From Guillardia theta CCMP2712 (taxonomy: Eukaryota; Protista; Cryptophyta): DNA of 64,000 nt. Under the pieces are notes generated by a model. It saw only the letters and a list, made by a program, of their open reading frames with translations, did no database searches and was not told the DNA's origin. Where the stretch lies: NCBI RefSeq assembly GCF_000315625.1, contig NW_005434673.1, forward strand, positions 126,760 to 190,759, given 5' to 3'. The position numbers and the translations under genes are program-made. Shown here piece by piece: positions 58,400 through 64,000 of the stretch (its first letter is position 1; each line of letters starts with the position of its first letter).

Positions 58400-61300
58400 A
58401 TTGAAGGGACGATGATTTGAACATCAACAGCAACTTCTTCGGGGAAAGGCACTATGCAGGTGATTTGACTCTCCCTCCTTTTTGGAAAGTTTTGAACTTG
58501 TACATAAAGGCTGGTATGGCGGTGGAACATAGTACAGTATCTGCACAGACAGCTGCATTGCCAGCGAGTGTGCAAAATGAAGGACAATGGTGATTTGATT
58601 TCTCTCACATATCAGCTGCTGATTGGGGACAAAGGTTTCACAGCGGAAGTGTTTATATCGGGCAAAAGGTTCGCGTCAATTTGGAAGGGGAGGGAAACAG
58701 CAACCGGGAAGTCGATGGGGTTGTTGTTGCTTGGAAACCTGGAAGACCTCTAGTTAAAGAGAATCAAGAGAACCCAGAAGACTCTCCAGTGTGGAAAGTA
58801 GAGATCGACGATTACAAGATCAAGTGCACAGAGATAGGGGAGTTTGACCTTATTCAAGCGATGGAATCATACCTGCGAAGTCAGCGAGAGAGCTATGTTC
58901 GCAAGCTGAAGTCCCTCAAACAGACCTTCTCGACCGCCAACAGCGAAGTCAAGGAAACAACCAGACCTACTAGAGGCTTTGGCGGGCAGTCACGAAACAG
59001 GAGTAATGCTTTGGAATTGAAAGATCTCTTTGGGATCAAAATCCCTGAGAACGCAAACCTAGTCTGCAAGAATCAAGTGGGAACTGTTCGCGATGGCAAA
59101 ATCATCTGCCGGTATTCCTTGGAGATTTTCTTTTTTCATTGTAATTTTTGTGCAGAGGAAAGACATATGAGACCATAACTGCATTTGCGCATAAATGTGG
59201 GGTTTCCATCGAATTGAACGGATGGGATGCGGTTTGGTGTGGAACTAGGAAAATGTCAGATATTAGAGAAGAGTTTTTCAAGGAGCTCCACTCAGAGTCG
59301 AACATTGAAAAGATTCTGACAGTCAAGACTGAGGCCTCCGCACAATCTCTCTTGAACAAGCTGCAGACTGAGAAATCAAAGGACGAGTCGTCGCTCAAAA
59401 GAATTGCTTCCCCATTCGAATACGACAAAGGCATGAAAGAGTTCAAGAAGCTGAAACGCTCCATGCAAAAGATCAACCCTTGCAACTCTGCTTTCAACAC
59501 ACAAGGGGCCAAATCTGATGGGAAGGGGAAGTTCTCTTCACTAGACACACACGAAAAGAAGTCATCAAGGAGCAATGGAGACTGTAAGGAAAATCCTGCA
59601 AGCAATCCGTCCAATGGCTCGGAAGACTCAGAAGAGGATTGGCTGTGCACAGGAAGCATCTACTTGGGGCTGAGGATCAGTCGATTCGCCTACTCTGAAG
59701 GCGTTCAGACAACAAATCTCCTGAATGCCACAGTGATCAAGTGGCTTCCAGAACACCTTGCGGATTTCACCTCGTCCATGACAGGAAAGTCTGCAGCCCT
59801 CTGGAAGATCCGATTTGACGATGACGCATACTTTCAAGAAGACCTTGAGGAGTATGAGCTCATCGAGGCTCTGATCTTGTTCCGCAAGAAGTACTGCCAA
59901 GACTGGCTGGGGCATAGGATACTGCGGACTTTGCACGGTTATGGAGATCTTGTTGGGGAGGTGGTTGACTTCGAGAGGAACGAGGAGGTCTGGCAACTTG
60001 AGATCGACCCGGAGGACATCGACGTAACCAAGCTGCAAGGGATCCCACACATTGGTCTTTTCCGTGTTACCTATGAGAATGGTGTGTTAGAAGAGCACCT
60101 GACGTGGGATGAAGTTGTGTCTTGCTGCATGAAGGGCCCATTCGCGCACAAGGATGGGTGCGATTCATCTGCAATCGCCAAGGGATTAGTAGCAACATTC
60201 GATGCAAAGAAGCAATCAGTAGAGAAGGAAAAGTTCAACACTTACAAACTCGTAGAGCAAACCTCGAACAAAGTAAGTTCTTTCCTCGTCCTCCTTCATC
60301 TCTTGTAAAGGAGATGCTCCTTACAGGTTGTCTGCAATCTGATACCCGACATTTTCTCAACCGCTTTCAAGAAGGTGACGTCTTGCTGTATCCTTGAGAG
60401 AGGCTGATGTAATGTCGGCCAGCCACAGGAAGACACACTACTTTCCTCTCCTTCCCTGACCTCGACTGTCACCGACATTGGAGAGCAACTCAGTCAGGAA
60501 AGGTCTCATGAAACAGCGAATTCTTTGGAATCAGGAGACGAGCTTGATGACGAAGCGAAGTTCAAAAAGGGGGAGGAGAAGCAAGATGAGGATGAGGACG
60601 AGGACGAGATCTCACTACAGAAAGTCAACGAGCTCATCCTACTTCAACCCACTCCTCCCATGATCGTGGAGAACAATCAGCTCATTGAATGTGAGGACAA
60701 CGGAAGCTTCCTCCCGGCCCGCATCGCGCAGATCGACGAAGCAGAGGAGAGAGTGAAAGTTCACTTCCTCGGTTGGAACTCCAGGCACGACCAGTGGGTC
60801 CCCATGAGGACCAGACGCATCCGTCTCCCTCCTGCCCTAGGGGGAGGCGATCCCAACGATGGAGTTTTGGAGGCTCCTTCCATGCTCCCCCCGGACCTCC
60901 AGACTATCGCGGACATTCAGCGCTTCAAACGTCAGGCAGACGCACTGGGAGGGTATGGGACGAGAAAGTCCAAGAGGCTGGCGAGCAGCTCGGCCCCAGC
61001 TGAGAGGAGCGACGAGTTGCACACGTACCTCAACTCGGGAGGTTGCCGCATCCCCGCAGCAAAGAAGGTAGCGCTCCCAGCCCTCCTCCTCTCTTCCATT
61101 GGTCTTCCTCGCAGCGCCATGGCGGCTACTCAGCGCATGCTAGCAAGGACCAGCGACTTGAGCTTAATGCCCATCATGGCAGGAGAAGTATTTGAAAGCA
61201 GTGGAAAGGAGGACAACGCTCCGGTGGGCAGGGGAAGCGAGTCTGGAGGGAAGAAAGGAGCAGGAACAGGAACTGGGGGTGGTAGTGGTGGAGCAGCTCC

Positions 61301-61722
61301 AGCTCCAGCTCCAGCTCCAGCTCCAGCTCCAGCTCCAGCTCCAGCACTAGCACTCGCACCCGCACCAGCATCAACAGGAGAGATGGCACTGCAGCAGCAG
61401 CCGGCGGGAGCTTTCGACAACTCGCTGAACAAGATTCGCTCGTTGGCACCACAGCTGGAGATGGCAGCCGAGCAAGGCCGCATGACCAAGTCGAGCACAA
61501 AGTCTAAGGTGAGATATAGCAGGTCATGTGCTGGATCCTAGAGAGAGGGAGGGAGAGCGGGTGGTCAGAGGGGTTGTTTCACTAAGTAGCAACGGGAGAT
61601 GGAGGGGGTGGTTGACTGACCAGGGGCCCCAGAAGAGGAGAAGGGAATCGCAAAGTACTGAGGAGGGGAGTGACAAGCTAGAGGATAGAGAAAATACTCC
61701 TACTCCTCCCTCCGGTCAGTGA
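58400..61722 (+). CDS. Multi-Tudor / chromo-barrel chromatin-associated protein (spliced, ends uncertain)
   Basis: Tudor-knot-like FLPARIAQID...VKVHFLGWNSRHDQWV. Tudor-like LWKIRFDDD..QEDLEEYEL and WLGHRILR...GEVVDF...LFRVTYENG..EHLTWDEV. Confidence 0.65.
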
Positions 61723-62399
61723 CTCCCCTTCGCTCGAACTCTTCTCTTGCTTCCCTTCTCCTCCTCTCTTGCTCTTCTCTTCTCTCTTCCAACCTTCTCT
61801 CGCTCTCCCTCTCTCTTCCTGTTTCCTCCCTCCTTTCTTAATTTTTCTCCCTCTGCATGCTTTCTTGCGTTTACCCTCACTCCCCACTCTCAACTTGGTT
61901 TCTCCTCCTTTCTTGTCTTTCCCCCTGATCGGTCGTCGCTTCCCCTCCCTCCCTTACATCTCTCCTCTCTGCTTCCACACACTTCATCTCCTCCTTTTCC
62001 TCCGTCTTCTCACTTTTCCACCAGGTCAGTGACTGCGAAATGAGGAAACTCAACCAAGTTGCAACAGCAGACAATTATTCTTTACACACACAAGACGACC
62101 CTGTCTTGTTTCTTGTTCTTTTCTCTTTCAAATCCTTCTACAACGTGTTGTTTTGACAACTCGTAGAAATTCAACAAGACTTCCCACAGGGGAATTTCTC
62201 TTTCTTGCTCGAACATGTCTCTATCAGTGTCTGAGAATGAGAAATCAGCAAGGTTCTTCCGCCATCGCAAATATCCACCTGAACCAGATCTGAAATCCTT
62301 TCATAGTTCTTGTTGAGGTCGCTCTTTCCTATCCTTGACTGTTGTCGTCATCGTCAGATTATGACATGGGTGGAAGAAGGGACGACTTGACTCTGCATG

Positions 62400-64000
62400 T
62401 TCACATTCACGTTGCCGTCCTTGTCGCAGAATGAGTAGGTTGCAAAGTCGTCGAGGTATCCCATGAGGAGAGTGACGAACCTGTAAAATCAACATCTTCA
62501 TCGTCCAGAAATCTCATCTCGTCTGCCAACTCCTCCACCTCAGACCACCTACTCATCATCATTATCATCATCATCATCATCATCATCATCAATTCGTCGT
62601 CGTCATCGTCGTCGTCAGCATTATCATCCCCATTTCCATCCCCATCACCACCACCAGAGTTTTCATTTTGGTCACCTTGCTCGGATCAAGTGCTCGTCCC
62701 TGAAGGTTACAGTCCCGCCATGGCTATTGATCCAATCTGTGATCCCTTGCTGAACCTGGACAACTGCTCGTTACTTTTACTCCACAGCTCTCTGTCGATC
62801 AAGACATCGTTCTCATCATCGTTCTCATCATCGTTCTCATCATCATAATCTCCTTCAACATTTCATTGTCATCATCATCAAAAACCTGATGACTCGAACA
62901 AGAATGATCAAAGTCTCGCATGCAAAAGTAACAGCAGACAGCAACACTTTCAACAACCATTCTAACAACAACATCATCATCATGTCATGAATCAATCCAC
63001 AAGACAAGTGACCATTTTCGCACCTCCTTCAACCCTCCTGGGACCTTCGGACTCCTAAGCGAGCCTGCCCTGTAAGTGTCTGTGTTGTTCCCTGCAAACG
63101 TCGCCATGTTACACGCATGACTCCCCAGCATAAGTCAAGTGAAGAACCGAGTCGAACGCAGTTGATCGAGTCTGGTGGACAAGATGCTGGGAAGCCGACG
63201 GAGTTGAAGTCGACGAACGATGATCTCCTCATCTAGAAACGCTCTCAACAAGAACAAGTCAAGTCTGCAGTGCTCGACCTGAGGGATCAGCTGTATGATA
63301 ACTGTCATCAGCATGTACCAGAACAGAACGTTCGCTGTAAGGACAAGGACGTTTTGAAGCTTCACAGTCCTGGCGAAAAAGTCTTGTGAAGGACAGAGAA
63401 CAGGGAAAGAGGAGGAGGAGGAGGAGGAGGAGAGAGACGAGAAGAGTGGGGAAATGGAGAAAGTAGAGGAGGAGAAGGGGGAAGTAAAGAAGGAGGAGGA
63501 TGAAGTGGAAAGGGCAACTGAGGCAGGTGGTGGAGGAAGACCAAACAAGAAAGAGAAGAACCTCGAGAGAACTTTGACCGATCGATTCATCCTCATCCTC
63601 ATCCTTGGGAAGTAGCTCTGAGCAAGACAAAGTATTCCCTCGGCTGCTCCGATGACCTGCGCGTCAAGAGTTTGACATGCGGCGTCAACGGCAGGGTAAA
63701 GGCGCTCACTGCTATCGACATGCCCCAACGCCAGTTGATCTGAGACGCCAGGATGAGCTGAGAGAGGGAGATGGGGGCGAGGCCGAAGGCGGCGAGAGAC
63801 TGCCAAGAATTTGTAGGATGAGGCGGAGAGGGAGAGGAGGAGAGGGAGGAGGAGGAGGAGAGGGAGAGGAGGAGAGGGAGGAGGAGGAGAGGGAGGAGAG
63901 GGAGAGGGAGGAGAGGAGGGAGAGGGAGGAGAGGAGGGAGAGGGAGGAGGAGGCGGAGAGGCAGGAGCAATGATAGATGGACGGACGCAAGGACAAAGTA
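62400..64000 (-). CDS. Hypothetical spliced protein, partial (5' end likely outside the window)
   Basis: Coding-like exons (HPGVSDQLALGHVDSSERLYPAVDAAC..., VLFWYMLMTVIIQLIP) between microsatellite-filled introns. Confidence 0.35.

Overview
Intron-rich eukaryotic nuclear DNA: short ~40-55 bp GT-AG introns, abundant microsatellites, bipartite plastid-targeting leaders and four N gaps. The style fits a cryptophyte alga such as Guillardia theta (inference). About 20 host genes are recognisable, including CCDC153/DRC12, a double-PZP chromatin reader, a CbiX-like chelatase, NPL4, p23, an EGF protein, a PKD2-like channel, Mpv17/PMP22, a MAPR cytochrome b5 protein, a pseudokinase, BUB3, a GNAT, an RBR ligase and a multi-Tudor protein, plus a Gypsy integrase remnant. 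The standout is an intact, intronless, AT-rich 642-aa Fanzor1 (eukaryotic TnpB-like RNA-guided RuvC nuclease; 48480-50408, minus strand). Directly after its stop codon lies a ~100-nt structured segment that looks like an omegaRNA scaffold. Upstream are duplicated ~69-bp repeats and a divergent intronless Myb/SANT-like ORF. Also notable is an NPL4 with a signal peptide plus LRLRGG leader, a candidate periplastid SELMA component. Boundaries of spliced genes were read by eye and are approximate.
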